Both the position numbers and the translations under genes were made by a program. From NCBI GenBank assembly GCA_965249615.1, contig CBDFMI010000006.1, positions 444,132-508,131 of the forward strand: a stretch of DNA of 64,000 bases. Direction: 5' to 3'. The stretch is from a bacterium. Its GTDB lineage: Bacteria > UBA8248 > JACPRG01 > G963555815. Below, in pieces: positions 19,237 to 29,044 of the stretch. The notes under the pieces were generated by a model, which was given only the letters and a program-made list of their open reading frames with translations, searched no databases and was not told where the DNA came from. Position 1 is the first letter of the stretch. Each line of letters opens with the position of its first letter.

Positions 19237-19305
19237 CGTTGTATCGGAAGAGACTGAAGGAGACGGAATTTCAGTCCGAGAGCGGGGCCACGCAATGGAG
19301 CAGAA

Positions 19306-20034
19306 ATGGCCCAGGAGGGGGTGAACATGGGCGAGCTTTCTTCCACGGCGAAGCGTGCTGTCTCAGCCTACGGCGGGGCCGATCGCTGGCGAAACGCACG
19401 GGCCATCGAGGCTGTGGTCTCGGCCAACGGCTTGGGCTTCCGCTTGAAGTGGCGGCGTCCTGCCCCAAATGCGGACGTCCGGGTGGAGATAGCGGAACCG
19501 GTCGTCAGGATGGATCTCAAAGATAGCGAGGGGCACATCGGCGTGATGGACCGGGGAGACGTGAGGATTGAGACGTCTTCTGGTAAAGTCGTGGCCTCAC
19601 GGCCGAATCCAGAACACCTGTTTCCCTACGGGCGAAGGGCTTTTTGGTGGGATCGGCTCGACCAGATCTACTTCTCAGGGTACGCCTTGTGGAACTACAT
19701 GACGCTTCCGGCCCTGTTGCTCAGGGACGACATCCAATGGGAGGAGCTCAGAGAGGGGAGCCTTCAGGCGCGTTTTCCCAAACATCTTCCAACACATTGC
19801 GAGGTGCAGCAGTTTCATTTCGAGCCGGCCACAGGGCTCCTGCGCCAGCTCGACTACACGGCGGAGGCCTTCGGAAACTGGGCCAAGGCCGCGAACGTGG
19901 TTTTGGAGCACGGCGAATCGGAGGGGATTCCTTATCCTTCACTGCGTCGGGTTACCCCGCGCCGAGGGGACGGCAGCCCGCGCAAGGGGCCGCTCCTCGT
20001 CGGGATCGAATTCCATCGATTCCGGCTCGTCTAG
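19306..20034 (+). CDS. Hypothetical protein (no signal peptide, no recognised domain)
   Basis: Long ORF with codon usage like its neighbours, located downstream of the promoter-like element. It ends 8 nt before the convergent cysC stop. Start may be 19306 or 19327. Confidence 0.5.
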   Translation: MAQEGVNMGELSSTAKRAVSAYGGADRWRNARAIEAVVSANGLGFRLKWRRPAPNADVRVEIAEPVVRMDLKDSEGHIGVMDRGDVRIETSSGKVVASRPNPEHLFPYGRRAFWWDRLDQIYFSGYALWNYMTLPALLLRDDIQWEELREGSLQARFPKHLPTHCEVQQFHFEPATGLLRQLDYTAEAFGNWAKAANVVLEHGESEGIPYPSLRRVTPRRGDGSPRKGPLLVGIEFHRFRLV

Positions 20035-20042
20035 TCCCCAAT

Positions 20043-20675
20043 CTAGTCGATATATCCCAAGCCCTTCAGTTTGGCCTGGATGGTCTGCTTCTCTTCCTCG
20101 GAATAGACGTAATCGGCGGGCTCGATGTAACCGAATTCTTCCAGCCGAGAGAGAATATGCGCGACAGATTCCTTAACCGACTCTTTGTCCGTCTCGACGG
20201 TTATCTCGGGGTTGAGGGGCTCTTCATAGGGGTCTGAGACCCCCGTAAAATTCTTAATCTCACCCTTAAAAGCTTTCGCGTACATCCCTTTCACGTCCCG
20301 TTCTGCGCAGACCTCAACAGGGCATTTGACGTAGAGCTCCACGAAGCGCCCCACCTCGGCCCTTACGGCGTCTCGGATGGCCCGGTAGGGGGCGATGACC
20401 GCCGCCATGTTGGGAACCCCGTTTCGGGTCAAGAGGTGACAGAGGTATCCCAGGCGAATGATGTGCTTATCGCGGTCCTCTTTGGAGAAGCCGAGGTCGG
20501 CGCTGAGATTGCGGCGCACTTCGTCGCCGTCGAAGACCTCGACGTTCGGAAAACCGCGCTCGTGAAGTTTCTCTCCGAGAAGAACGGCAATCGTGCTTTT
20601 CCCTGAGCAGGGAAGGCCTGTGAACCAGACCGTGAACCCTCTGGGTTTATCTTTGATCACTTTCTCTCTCCTCAA
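20043..20675 (-). CDS. cysC: Adenylylsulfate (APS) kinase with C-terminal extension
   Basis: GFTVWFTGLPCSGKSTIA P-loop and FDGDEVRRNLSADLGFSKEDRDKHIIRLGY. An extra tail of about 35 aa ends in LKGLGYID. Confidence 0.9.
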   Translation of the reverse strand: MRREKVIKDKPRGFTVWFTGLPCSGKSTIAVLLGEKLHERGFPNVEVFDGDEVRRNLSADLGFSKEDRDKHIIRLGYLCHLLTRNGVPNMAAVIAPYRAIRDAVRAEVGRFVELYVKCPVEVCAERDVKGMYAKAFKGEIKNFTGVSDPYEEPLNPEITVETDKESVKESVAHILSRLEEFGYIEPADYVYSEEEKQTIQAKLKGLGYID

Positions 20676-21850
20676 GAGCCGCCGTCAGAACCCTGTCCTG
20701 CCCGCTCGGCGTAAGCCTGGTGCAAGACCCGGGCGACTTCAGGCCGCATCACCTCCGGGGGTGGAAGCTCCCCGCGGTCTAAAATTTCCCTCACACGAGT
20801 TCCGCTCAGGAAGACGCGCTCTTTCTCCCCGTGGGGGCAGGTCTTGGCCGTTATCATGGCCTCACACCCACGGCAGTAGAAGGCGTGGTCGAAGAAGAGA
20901 GGGGTGATCCCGATCTCCGAGGCCTCGAACTCGTGGAAGATATGGTGGGCGTCATAGGAGCCGTAGTAAGACCCGACGCCGGCGTGGTCCCGGCCCACGA
21001 TGAAATGGGTACAGCCGTAGTTCTTTCGCACGATAGCGTGGAAGATGGCCTCCTTCGGCCCGGCGTAGCGCATGGCCGCCGGAAACACGGAGAGGACCGT
21101 CCGGTTCTTGGGAAAATAGCTCTCCAGGATCACCCTGTAGGAGGCCATCCGGAGGTCCGCCGCCAGGTCGCCCTCCTTGGTGGCCCCGACCAGGGGATGA
21201 AGTAGGAGGCCGTCCACACATTCTAGGGCGCACTTCTGAATGTACTCGTGGGCGCGATGAATGGGGTTTCGGGTCTGGAAGGCCACGACCGTCTTCCACC
21301 CCTTGAGCTGAAAGAGAAGGCGGGTCTCCTTGGGTTCCAGATGGAAGTTGGACCACTCGGTGGCGGCCCCTCTTCGAAGGAGTTTAATAGGCCCCCCGAT
21401 GAGGACAGGGCCTCGCTCGAAGACCTGGCGAACCCCGGGGTGGTCCGAATCTTTTGTCCCGAAGACCTGCTCCACCTCCCTCTCCTTGTCCGGCTTCCAC
21501 TGAGAGGTGACCCGAAGAAGCCCGGTCGTTTCCTTCCCGACCGTGAGGGTAATCTCGTCACCTATGGAAAGGGTCTGGGCCGTCTTCTCATCCACGCCGA
21601 GGACGATGGGAAGCGTCCAGGGAAGGCCCAAGGCGAGGCGCTGGTCTTCCACCACAGCCTGGTAGTCCTCCTCCTCCATGAATCCCCTTAGGGGGCTGTA
21701 GGCCCCCGTCGCGATGAGTTCGAGATCGGAATGCTCCTGGGCCGACAGGGCGATTTTCGGCAGCCCTTGGGCTTTTTTGTCCAAGGCGGGCCGATCCTCC
21801 TCCCGGACCATCCGGTCGACGAGGACCCCGCCGTGCGGTTTGATAGGCAC
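20672..21850 (-). CDS. sat: Sulfate adenylyltransferase (ATP sulfurylase, homo-oligomeric Sat type)
   Basis: QTRNPIHRAHEYIQK, HPLVGATKEGD and GRDHAGVG motifs. 4-nt overlap with cysC. Confidence 0.9.
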   Translation of the reverse strand: MPIKPHGGVLVDRMVREEDRPALDKKAQGLPKIALSAQEHSDLELIATGAYSPLRGFMEEEDYQAVVEDQRLALGLPWTLPIVLGVDEKTAQTLSIGDEITLTVGKETTGLLRVTSQWKPDKEREVEQVFGTKDSDHPGVRQVFERGPVLIGGPIKLLRRGAATEWSNFHLEPKETRLLFQLKGWKTVVAFQTRNPIHRAHEYIQKCALECVDGLLLHPLVGATKEGDLAADLRMASYRVILESYFPKNRTVLSVFPAAMRYAGPKEAIFHAIVRKNYGCTHFIVGRDHAGVGSYYGSYDAHHIFHEFEASEIGITPLFFDHAFYCRGCEAMITAKTCPHGEKERVFLSGTRVREILDRGELPPPEVMRPEVARVLHQAYAERAGQGSDGGS

Positions 21851-22045
21851 CTAAAAACCCTCCTCACCCCGGAGTCCCGGGGAATTGTATGGGGTGGAAA
21901 GACATCGCGCTTTTGTGTCCAAAACGCCAATTCTATCAGACAATTTCGGGTCCGTCCACCTGCCGCTGTGTTCAGGGGATCAGTTGTGGGGGGCCGGCCT
22001 TGCGGGGTTGAGGGCGGGTTTGCTCGAAGCGTCCTTCCCCGGGTC

Positions 22046-23464
22046 TTATCTCCCGGTGGCGGGCTCTAAATTCACCTCGATATAGCGCGCAATCTGGGGG
22101 TGGACTCGGGAGATCTCGTGGTAGATCTGCTGAGCCGCCCTCCGGTAGGTGAAGTGCCCCTTGGGGTCGGAGCGGAGCTTCACCACGTGCATCACCTCCC
22201 GGAGGTTCATCTGCCAGAGGAAGCGGCGGTGATGAGCGTTTAGGACAAAGTAGGGGGCCTCGTTCGGAAAATCCGCCAAAAACTTCTCAAAACACTTCTC
22301 GGCCTTGTCCACCCCTGCCAAATATTCTTGTTTCAACCCGGCGTCCTCGACGAGCTCGGGGATCGAGAACCCGTGGCGGATGGTCGGGGCCTGAGTGCTC
22401 TGGCTGCACATCCGGTGGCGCTTGAGGTCGAGGAAGGCCCCCTGGTCCACGAGACACTCGAAGGTGTAGGTCAGGTACTCCATCTCCCGGATGGGGATGT
22501 CAAAACGCTCTATTCGGCTCAGGGCCTCTTCAATGACTTTTTCCCGAGCTTCTTGGGGCATCTGTGCCACCCTCTCCCGGATGGCCTCGTAGGGGAGATG
22601 ACTGTATTTGAACAAGATGGCCGCCGCCAGGGCGACGTCGGGGTTTTCGGGGACCTGAACCAGCCGGGCATAATTTTCCTGAGGGCCGGACGCCTTTGAG
22701 ACCGGGGAGCCGTTGGTCATGGTAGAGGCGACGAGCTTCCTGAGGGCCGCCTCCGTGTCTCTCAGATAGGCGTTGTCGTCTGCATACTTGACGAGGGTTG
22801 GGGCGGCCGCCTGGCTGACCTCCTTCAGGGTGGTCCCGATCTGTTGGATTTCGGACAGGTCGTGGGAGAGCATCTTGGTGATGGCGTGCTCCAGGTGTCG
22901 GGCGTTGACGGTCATCCCCACATTGGCCAGGGCGGCGGTGGGGAGGAGAAAGCGCGAGCGGTCGAGGGCGTGGGCCCTCACGCGGACGTTGTATCCCCGA
23001 TCCGTCTCGTTCTCCCTCCTTTGGAGGACCCCCTTCTCTTTGATGAAGGCGTCCAGCTTCGTCTGGACGGCGTGGTAGTTCTCGAACATCCACTGCATGG
23101 CCTCGCGGTATTTTTGGCCGAGGGGTGAGGCGTCCACCTCGTCTGGGACATAATAGTCGTCCGGCTTGAAAACCTGATAGCGGGAGGATTTTTCGGTGTA
23201 GGAGGCGAGACGGTTCGCCTCGATGACTTCCGTTGCGTAGCGCGAAACATTCTCGATGGCGATGGAGAGGACGGCGTGCTCGGCCACCGAGGCGTGCCCA
23301 TAGCCGACGACCCATTTCTCATGGAACTCGGCCGAGGCGCTTTCGGTCAGCTCCTTGGCGATCTCGTCAAAGGCCTTTGGGGAGCGACTCGTCTTCGCGA
23401 AGGCGACGGCGACCACCTCGGGCGGGAGGTCCCGGAGGAGATAGATGCGGCGTTTTTTGTCCAT
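22046..23464 (-). CDS. ThyX-like FAD-dependent thymidylate synthase family protein, double-domain (about 470 aa) form
   Basis: N-half: GHASVAEHAVLSIAIENVSRYATEVIEANRLASYTEKSSRY. C-half: YTFECLVDQGAFLDLKRHRMCSQSTQ and the VKLRSDPKGH tail. These are ThyX signature elements spread over two halves. Confidence 0.7.
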   Translation of the reverse strand: MDKKRRIYLLRDLPPEVVAVAFAKTSRSPKAFDEIAKELTESASAEFHEKWVVGYGHASVAEHAVLSIAIENVSRYATEVIEANRLASYTEKSSRYQVFKPDDYYVPDEVDASPLGQKYREAMQWMFENYHAVQTKLDAFIKEKGVLQRRENETDRGYNVRVRAHALDRSRFLLPTAALANVGMTVNARHLEHAITKMLSHDLSEIQQIGTTLKEVSQAAAPTLVKYADDNAYLRDTEAALRKLVASTMTNGSPVSKASGPQENYARLVQVPENPDVALAAAILFKYSHLPYEAIRERVAQMPQEAREKVIEEALSRIERFDIPIREMEYLTYTFECLVDQGAFLDLKRHRMCSQSTQAPTIRHGFSIPELVEDAGLKQEYLAGVDKAEKCFEKFLADFPNEAPYFVLNAHHRRFLWQMNLREVMHVVKLRSDPKGHFTYRRAAQQIYHEISRVHPQIARYIEVNLEPATGR

Positions 23465-23595
23465 GAGTGCCTTAGCGCAAGAGAATCCAGGGTCTGAAGA
23501 TGGACGAGAATGGCAGGGCCAGCGCTTCTTTTATACCAAAACCCCCACGTCTTTCACAATGACCTCAAAAGGCGGGAATTTTGTTCACAGGACCA

Positions 23596-25074
23596 CTATG
23601 GGACCAGGGCGATGGCCGACGCCCCTTGGAAGAAAGGGGCCGCTGAGGCCTTAACCGCGGAGAGCAGGGGGTCGGGATAGAGCCCGATCAGGAGGACTCC
23701 GACCACCATCAAGCCGAGGGCGAGACGGAGTGGGACGGAGGTGGAGATTTCGACCTTTCCGGCCGGTTCCACCATGTACATATTCACGACGACCTTGAAG
23801 TAGTAGTAGACGGAGAGGACGCTGTTCAGGACCCCGATGAGGGCCAGCCAGATATAGCCTGACTCGATGGCCGCCGAGAAGAGATAGAACTTCCCGACAA
23901 AACCCGCCGTCGGCGGGACCCCCGCCAGAGAGAGAAAGAAGACGACAAAGCCGATGCCGGCCAGGGGGTGGGCCCTCGCGAGTCCCCGAAAATCCTCCAC
24001 CCGGTCTCCTCGGAAGTTTTGGCGGCACAGGAGGATCACCATGGCGAAGGCGCCCATGTTCATGAAGATGTAGACGGCCAGGTAGAGGAGGACGCTTGCC
24101 ATCCCGATCTCGCTGCCGACGACGAGGCCGATCATGACGTAGCCGGCATGGGCCACCGAAGAGTAGGCCAGGAGCCGTTTCAGGTTGGACTGAACCATGG
24201 CGGCGATGTTGCCCCAGGTCATGCTGAAGACGGCCAGGAGCCAGAGGAGAATGGCCCACTGGTCGGCGATCCCCTCGAAGGCGACGGCGAAGATCCGGAG
24301 CAACCCCGCGAAGGCCGCCGCCTTGGTCCCCACGCTCATGAAGGCCGTGATGGAGGTGGGGGCTCCCTGGTAGGCGTCCGGGGCCCACATGTGGAAGGGG
24401 ACGAGGGCGATTTTGAAGGCGAACCCAGCCACGATCATGATGACAGAGAGGGTGAGGAGAATATTGGGGCCTGTCATCTCCCCGAAGGCGGCATGCATGG
24501 CGGCGAGGTTCGTCGTCCCCGTAATGCCGTAAGCGAGTGCGATTCCGTAGAGGATGATCCCCGAACTGAAAGCCCCCAGGAGAAAGTATTTGATCCCTCC
24601 CTCTTGGGACAAGAGATCGCGCTTCATGAAGCCGACCAGCATGTAGATGGGGATGGAGAGAAGCTCCATGCCGATGTAGATGGTCAGGAGGTCGCTCCCC
24701 CCGGCCATCACCATCATCCCGATAACGCTGAAGAGGATCAGGGCGTAGTACTCCCCCAGGTGAATCTCCTCTATCGAGAGGTATCGCAGGGAGATGAGGA
24801 CCGTGAGGACGGTGATCGCCAGAAAGATGAACTTGAAGAAGATGGCGAAGGAGTCCACCCGGTACATGTCGCTGAAGAGGCTGGCCTCCATCCCGATCAG
24901 GGGGAGGGTGAGGAGGCCCGTCACGACGACCCCGAAAAGCGTCAGGAGGCCCAAGAGCGCCTTTCGCCTCTGGGGGACAAAGAGGTCCACCAAAATCACG
25001 AGGCAAACGAGGACCGTCATGGCGATCTCCGGCATGATCGCAAAAAGGTTGACGGCGGGGAGCTTAAGCGGCAT
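23596..25074 (-). CDS. nuoN: NADH-quinone oxidoreductase subunit N
   Basis: 14-TM antiporter-like subunit pattern. Last gene of the nuo operon. Confidence 0.9.
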   Translation of the reverse strand: MPLKLPAVNLFAIMPEIAMTVLVCLVILVDLFVPQRRKALLGLLTLFGVVVTGLLTLPLIGMEASLFSDMYRVDSFAIFFKFIFLAITVLTVLISLRYLSIEEIHLGEYYALILFSVIGMMVMAGGSDLLTIYIGMELLSIPIYMLVGFMKRDLLSQEGGIKYFLLGAFSSGIILYGIALAYGITGTTNLAAMHAAFGEMTGPNILLTLSVIMIVAGFAFKIALVPFHMWAPDAYQGAPTSITAFMSVGTKAAAFAGLLRIFAVAFEGIADQWAILLWLLAVFSMTWGNIAAMVQSNLKRLLAYSSVAHAGYVMIGLVVGSEIGMASVLLYLAVYIFMNMGAFAMVILLCRQNFRGDRVEDFRGLARAHPLAGIGFVVFFLSLAGVPPTAGFVGKFYLFSAAIESGYIWLALIGVLNSVLSVYYYFKVVVNMYMVEPAGKVEISTSVPLRLALGLMVVGVLLIGLYPDPLLSAVKASAAPFFQGASAIALVP

Positions 25075-25077
25075 CTC

Positions 25078-26673
25078 CTACCTGCTCCATTCTGTGGTCA
25101 GGTACTGGTGCTGTCTCAAGGCCTCAGACGCCTGGGCGGACAGGCTTTCGGGCGTCCCCCGGGCCAGCTCCACGTGCTGGATGAGGTTCTTGACGCTCGG
25201 TTCCATGATTTCGAGGAAAGGCTTGGGGTACATCCCGATCCAGAACATGAGAAGGAGGATGGGGAGCATGTAGGCGACTTCGCGGCGGTTCAAGTCCGGG
25301 AGGTTTTGGTTCTCCTCATGGGTCACGGCCCCGAACATCATCCGCTGGAAGAGCCAGAGCATATAGCCCGCCCCGAGGACGATCCCCGTGACAGCGAAGG
25401 CGGCGTACACCGTGCTCGTCTGAAAGACCCCAAGGAGGATGAGGAATTCTCCCACGAAGCCGTTGAGGCCGGGAAGCCCAATGGACGAGAACATGGCGAT
25501 GGCGAAGACCACCGTGAAGACCGGCATCACGCGCGCGAGGCCGCCGTAGTCGGCGATCATTCGGCTGTGTCTTCGCTCATAGAGGATCCCCACGATCAAG
25601 AAGAGGGCCCCGGTGGAGAGACCGTGGTTCAGGTTCTGAAGGAGGGCCCCAAGAAGACCCTGGGGGTTCAGGGCGAAGATCCCCAGCATGACGAACCCGA
25701 GATGGCTCACGGAGCTATAGGCCACCAATTTTTTAATGTCTTTCTGGGCCATGGCCACAAGGGCCCCGTAGATGATCCCGATGATGGCCAGAAGGGCGAT
25801 GAAGGGGACGAGGTTGAAACTGGCCCTGGGCAGCAGGGGGAGGCTGAAGCGGACGAAGCCGTAGGTCCCCATCTTGAGGAGCACCCCGGCCAGGATGACA
25901 CTCCCCGCCGTGGGGGCCTCCACGTGGGCGTCGGGAAGCCAGGTGTGGAAGGGGAACAAGGGGACCTTGATGGCGAAGCCCACAAAGAGGGCGAGGAAGA
26001 TCCAGAACTGAAAGTTCTCGGGCAGCTTCGGCGCCATCCGGTAGAGCTCAAGCAAATTAAAGGTGAACTCGCCGGAGCCGTAGATGGGGTCGGCGTTCAG
26101 GAAGTAAAGGGCCAGAAAACCCAGGAGGAGGAGGACGCTTCCGAAGAGTGTGTAGAGGAAAAACTTGATGGCGGCGTAGAGCTTCCGAGCCCCCCCCCAG
26201 ATGCCGATGAGGAAATACATGGGGACCAGCATGACCTCCCAGAAGACGTAGAACAGGAAAACGTCAAGGGCCATGAAGACCCCCAGCATCCCTGTCTCCA
26301 GGATGAGGAGGCTCACGTAGTACTCTTTTTGCCGCTCTCCGATGTTGCTGAAGGAGCAGAGAACCGCGACGGAGCTGAGGAGCGTGGTCAGGATGATGAG
26401 GGGGAGGCTGATCCCATCGATGCCAAAGAAGTATTGGACCCCGATGGATGGGATCCACTCCGCGCGTTCGACGAACTGCATTTGGACATTGCTCGGCTCA
26501 AAGTAGGGGATCATGAAGAGTGAGGAAAAGAGGGAGATCAGCGAGACGCCGAAGGCGAACCATTTGATGACGAGTGGTCGCTGCCTGGAGAAGAGGAGCA
26601 TGATCAAGACGGCCCCTACGATGGGGACGTAGGCCGTCATCGAAAGGACGGGGAAGCCGAGGGCGTTTGTCAT
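25078..26673 (-). CDS. nuoM: NADH-quinone oxidoreductase subunit M
   Basis: Antiporter-like subunit with WLPDAHVEAPTAGSVILAGVLLK motif. Confidence 0.9.
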   Translation of the reverse strand: MTNALGFPVLSMTAYVPIVGAVLIMLLFSRQRPLVIKWFAFGVSLISLFSSLFMIPYFEPSNVQMQFVERAEWIPSIGVQYFFGIDGISLPLIILTTLLSSVAVLCSFSNIGERQKEYYVSLLILETGMLGVFMALDVFLFYVFWEVMLVPMYFLIGIWGGARKLYAAIKFFLYTLFGSVLLLLGFLALYFLNADPIYGSGEFTFNLLELYRMAPKLPENFQFWIFLALFVGFAIKVPLFPFHTWLPDAHVEAPTAGSVILAGVLLKMGTYGFVRFSLPLLPRASFNLVPFIALLAIIGIIYGALVAMAQKDIKKLVAYSSVSHLGFVMLGIFALNPQGLLGALLQNLNHGLSTGALFLIVGILYERRHSRMIADYGGLARVMPVFTVVFAIAMFSSIGLPGLNGFVGEFLILLGVFQTSTVYAAFAVTGIVLGAGYMLWLFQRMMFGAVTHEENQNLPDLNRREVAYMLPILLLMFWIGMYPKPFLEIMEPSVKNLIQHVELARGTPESLSAQASEALRQHQYLTTEWSR

Positions 26674-26714
26674 AGAGGCGAAACTCCCAGTCAGGACTTA
26701 GAAGTTATCTTTCC

Positions 26715-28748
26715 TCATCCGAGAAGGAGGAAGAGGCTCACGGTGATGAAAATGCCAAGGAGCATGACCAGGGCATAGTTCTGGACGACGCCCGTCTGAA
26801 GGCGGCGAAGCCCCCGGGCCCAGTTGATGAGAATGACCCCGATCCCATTCACGGCGCCGTCCACCGTTTGAAGATCGAAAATGCCAGACAGCTTGCTGAG
26901 GGCCACCGTTCCCCATGAGACCCCGTTGACAGCCCCGTCCACACCCTTGGCGTCAGTGCCCGAACAAAGATGAGCCAGGCGTATCGAGGGCCGTATGAAG
27001 ACGGCGTGGTAGATCTCGTCCACCCAGTATTTATTGAGGAGGAGCCGGTGGACTCCACGGAATCGCTCGGCCACCTTGGCGGGGAGGTCTGGCCGCTTTC
27101 GATACATGTGGCGGGCCAGCATCCACCCCGACACCCCCACCACCACCGAAAAGACGGCGAGCCACAGCTCCAGAAGGCCGAATCTCCCTGATTTGTTTTC
27201 GGCTGAAGCCGCCACCAGCTGGATGCCGGCATGGCCCCCGTCTGGGAAGACTGGCGCCAAATGCTCGTGAAAGAAGTTCATCTGCGGGATGCCGACCCAG
27301 CCCCCCAGCAGGGCGAGGACGGCGAGGATCACCAAGGGAACCGTCATCACGGCGGGGGATTCGTGGACATGGGAGACGACGTGAGGGTCGCCCCGGGATT
27401 CTCCGTAGAAGGCGAGATAGATGAGGCGGAACATGTAGAAGGCCGTCATGAAGGCGGTGATGATCCCCAGGGCGTAGAGGAAATAGTGGCCGCCCTTAAA
27501 AGTCTCGGCCAGGATCTCGTCTTTGCTGAAGAAGCCCGCGAAGGGCGGAATCCCGGCGATGGCGAGGGCCCCCATGTAAAAGGTGATGGCCGTGACGGGG
27601 AGGCGGCGACGAAGCCCCCCCATGTAGCGAAGGTCCTGCCTCCGCCCCTCCTCCGGGTCGGAGTGCAGGGCGTGGATGACGCTCCCCGCGCCGAGGAACA
27701 TGAGGCCTTTGAAAAAGGCGTGGGTCATGAGATGAAAGATCCCGGCCCCGAAGGCCCCCACCCCAAGGGCCATAAACATGTAGCCGAGCTGGCTCACCGT
27801 GGAGTAGGCCAGGACCTTTTTGATGTCATTCTGGACGAGCGCAATGGAGGCGGCGAAGATGGCCGTGAGGGCCCCGACCAGAGCCACCACGCTCATAGAC
27901 ACGGGGGAGAGGAGATACAAGGCGTTCGAGCGGGCCACCATGTAAACCCCGGCGGTCACCATGGTGGCGGCGTGGATGAGGGCGCTGACCGAAGTGGGGC
28001 CTTCCATGGCGTCCGGAAGCCAGGTGTAGAGGGGAAGCTGGGCCGATTTCCCCACGGCCCCCACAAAGAGGAGGAGTGTAATGGCCGTCGCCGCGCCGGC
28101 GATGGCGGAGCCCGCCACCGCTGCCCCGGCCTGATCGAAGACGCCTGCGTAGTTCAGCGTCCCGAATGTCTGGAAGATGAGAAAGAGGCCGAGGAGGAAA
28201 CTCGCGTCCCCGATGCGGTTCATGATGAAGGCCTTTTTTCCCGCGTCGGCGGCTGACTTCTTGTGGTACCAAAAGCCGATGAGGAGATAAGAACAGAGCC
28301 CCACCCCCTCCCAGCCGACGAACATGAGGAGGTAGTTGTTGGCCAGGATGAGAAGGAGCATCGAGAACATGAAGAGGTTCAGGTAGGCGAAGTAGCGGGA
28401 GTAGCCCGGGTCCCCACGCATATACCCGGCCGAGTAGACGTGGATGACGAACCCCACCCCCGTTACCACGAAGAGCATCACGGCGCTGAGGGGGTCCAGA
28501 AGGAACGCCACCTCGACCAGAAGGCTCGGCACCGGGATCCACTCAAAGAGGCGCACCTCACCGCTCAGGCCCCGGAAGACCGCCTGATAGAGGAGGAGGA
28601 GGGACAGCCCCAGAGAAAGGCCGGTGGAGATAATGGCGGGCCAGTGGGCTTTCCTTCCGATGTAGCGCCCGAGGAATCCGTTCACCAAGACCCCCAGGGC
28701 CGGAAAGACGAGGACGAGAGGCAGAAGATTCAGCACTGATATCACCAC
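26715..28748 (-). CDS. nuoL: NADH-quinone oxidoreductase subunit L
   Basis: 677 aa with [22 protein letters not shown] and a long C-terminal lateral-helix region. Confidence 0.9.
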   Translation of the reverse strand: MVISVLNLLPLVLVFPALGVLVNGFLGRYIGRKAHWPAIISTGLSLGLSLLLLYQAVFRGLSGEVRLFEWIPVPSLLVEVAFLLDPLSAVMLFVVTGVGFVIHVYSAGYMRGDPGYSRYFAYLNLFMFSMLLLILANNYLLMFVGWEGVGLCSYLLIGFWYHKKSAADAGKKAFIMNRIGDASFLLGLFLIFQTFGTLNYAGVFDQAGAAVAGSAIAGAATAITLLLFVGAVGKSAQLPLYTWLPDAMEGPTSVSALIHAATMVTAGVYMVARSNALYLLSPVSMSVVALVGALTAIFAASIALVQNDIKKVLAYSTVSQLGYMFMALGVGAFGAGIFHLMTHAFFKGLMFLGAGSVIHALHSDPEEGRRQDLRYMGGLRRRLPVTAITFYMGALAIAGIPPFAGFFSKDEILAETFKGGHYFLYALGIITAFMTAFYMFRLIYLAFYGESRGDPHVVSHVHESPAVMTVPLVILAVLALLGGWVGIPQMNFFHEHLAPVFPDGGHAGIQLVAASAENKSGRFGLLELWLAVFSVVVGVSGWMLARHMYRKRPDLPAKVAERFRGVHRLLLNKYWVDEIYHAVFIRPSIRLAHLCSGTDAKGVDGAVNGVSWGTVALSKLSGIFDLQTVDGAVNGIGVILINWARGLRRLQTGVVQNYALVMLLGIFITVSLFLLLG

Positions 28749-29044
28749 TTCAACAGGTTGATCTCGTCGACGTTTAGGGCGGCTCTTTGCCGGTTGATGG
28801 AGATGATGAGGGCGAGTCCGACGGCGGCCTCGGCCGCCGCCACCGTGATGACAAAGATGGCGAAGACCTGCCCCGTTAGGTTCCCATGGGCCCTGGAGAA
28901 GGCTATCAGGGTCAGGTTGACGGCGTTCAGCATGAGTTCGATGGACATCAGGATGATCATGATGTTTCGCCTGGTCAGGACCCCGACGGCCCCAATCAGG
29001 AAGATGATGCCCCCCAGGGCGAGGTAGTAAGGAATGGGAACCAT
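28742..29044 (-). CDS. nuoK: NADH-quinone oxidoreductase subunit K
   Basis: 100 aa, 3 TM, with the ...[12 protein letters not shown]... motif. Confidence 0.9.
   Translation of the reverse strand: MVPIPYYLALGGIIFLIGAVGVLTRRNIMIILMSIELMLNAVNLTLIAFSRAHGNLTGQVFAIFVITVAAAEAAVGLALIISINRQRAALNVDEINLLKW

Noticed and set aside
23968-26523. 851-aa ORF on the plus strand across nuoN/nuoM
   Set aside because: It is antisense to two convincing membrane-subunit genes. The product is low-complexity (E/D/G/H/P-rich) with no motifs. This is a typical open antisense frame in high-GC DNA.
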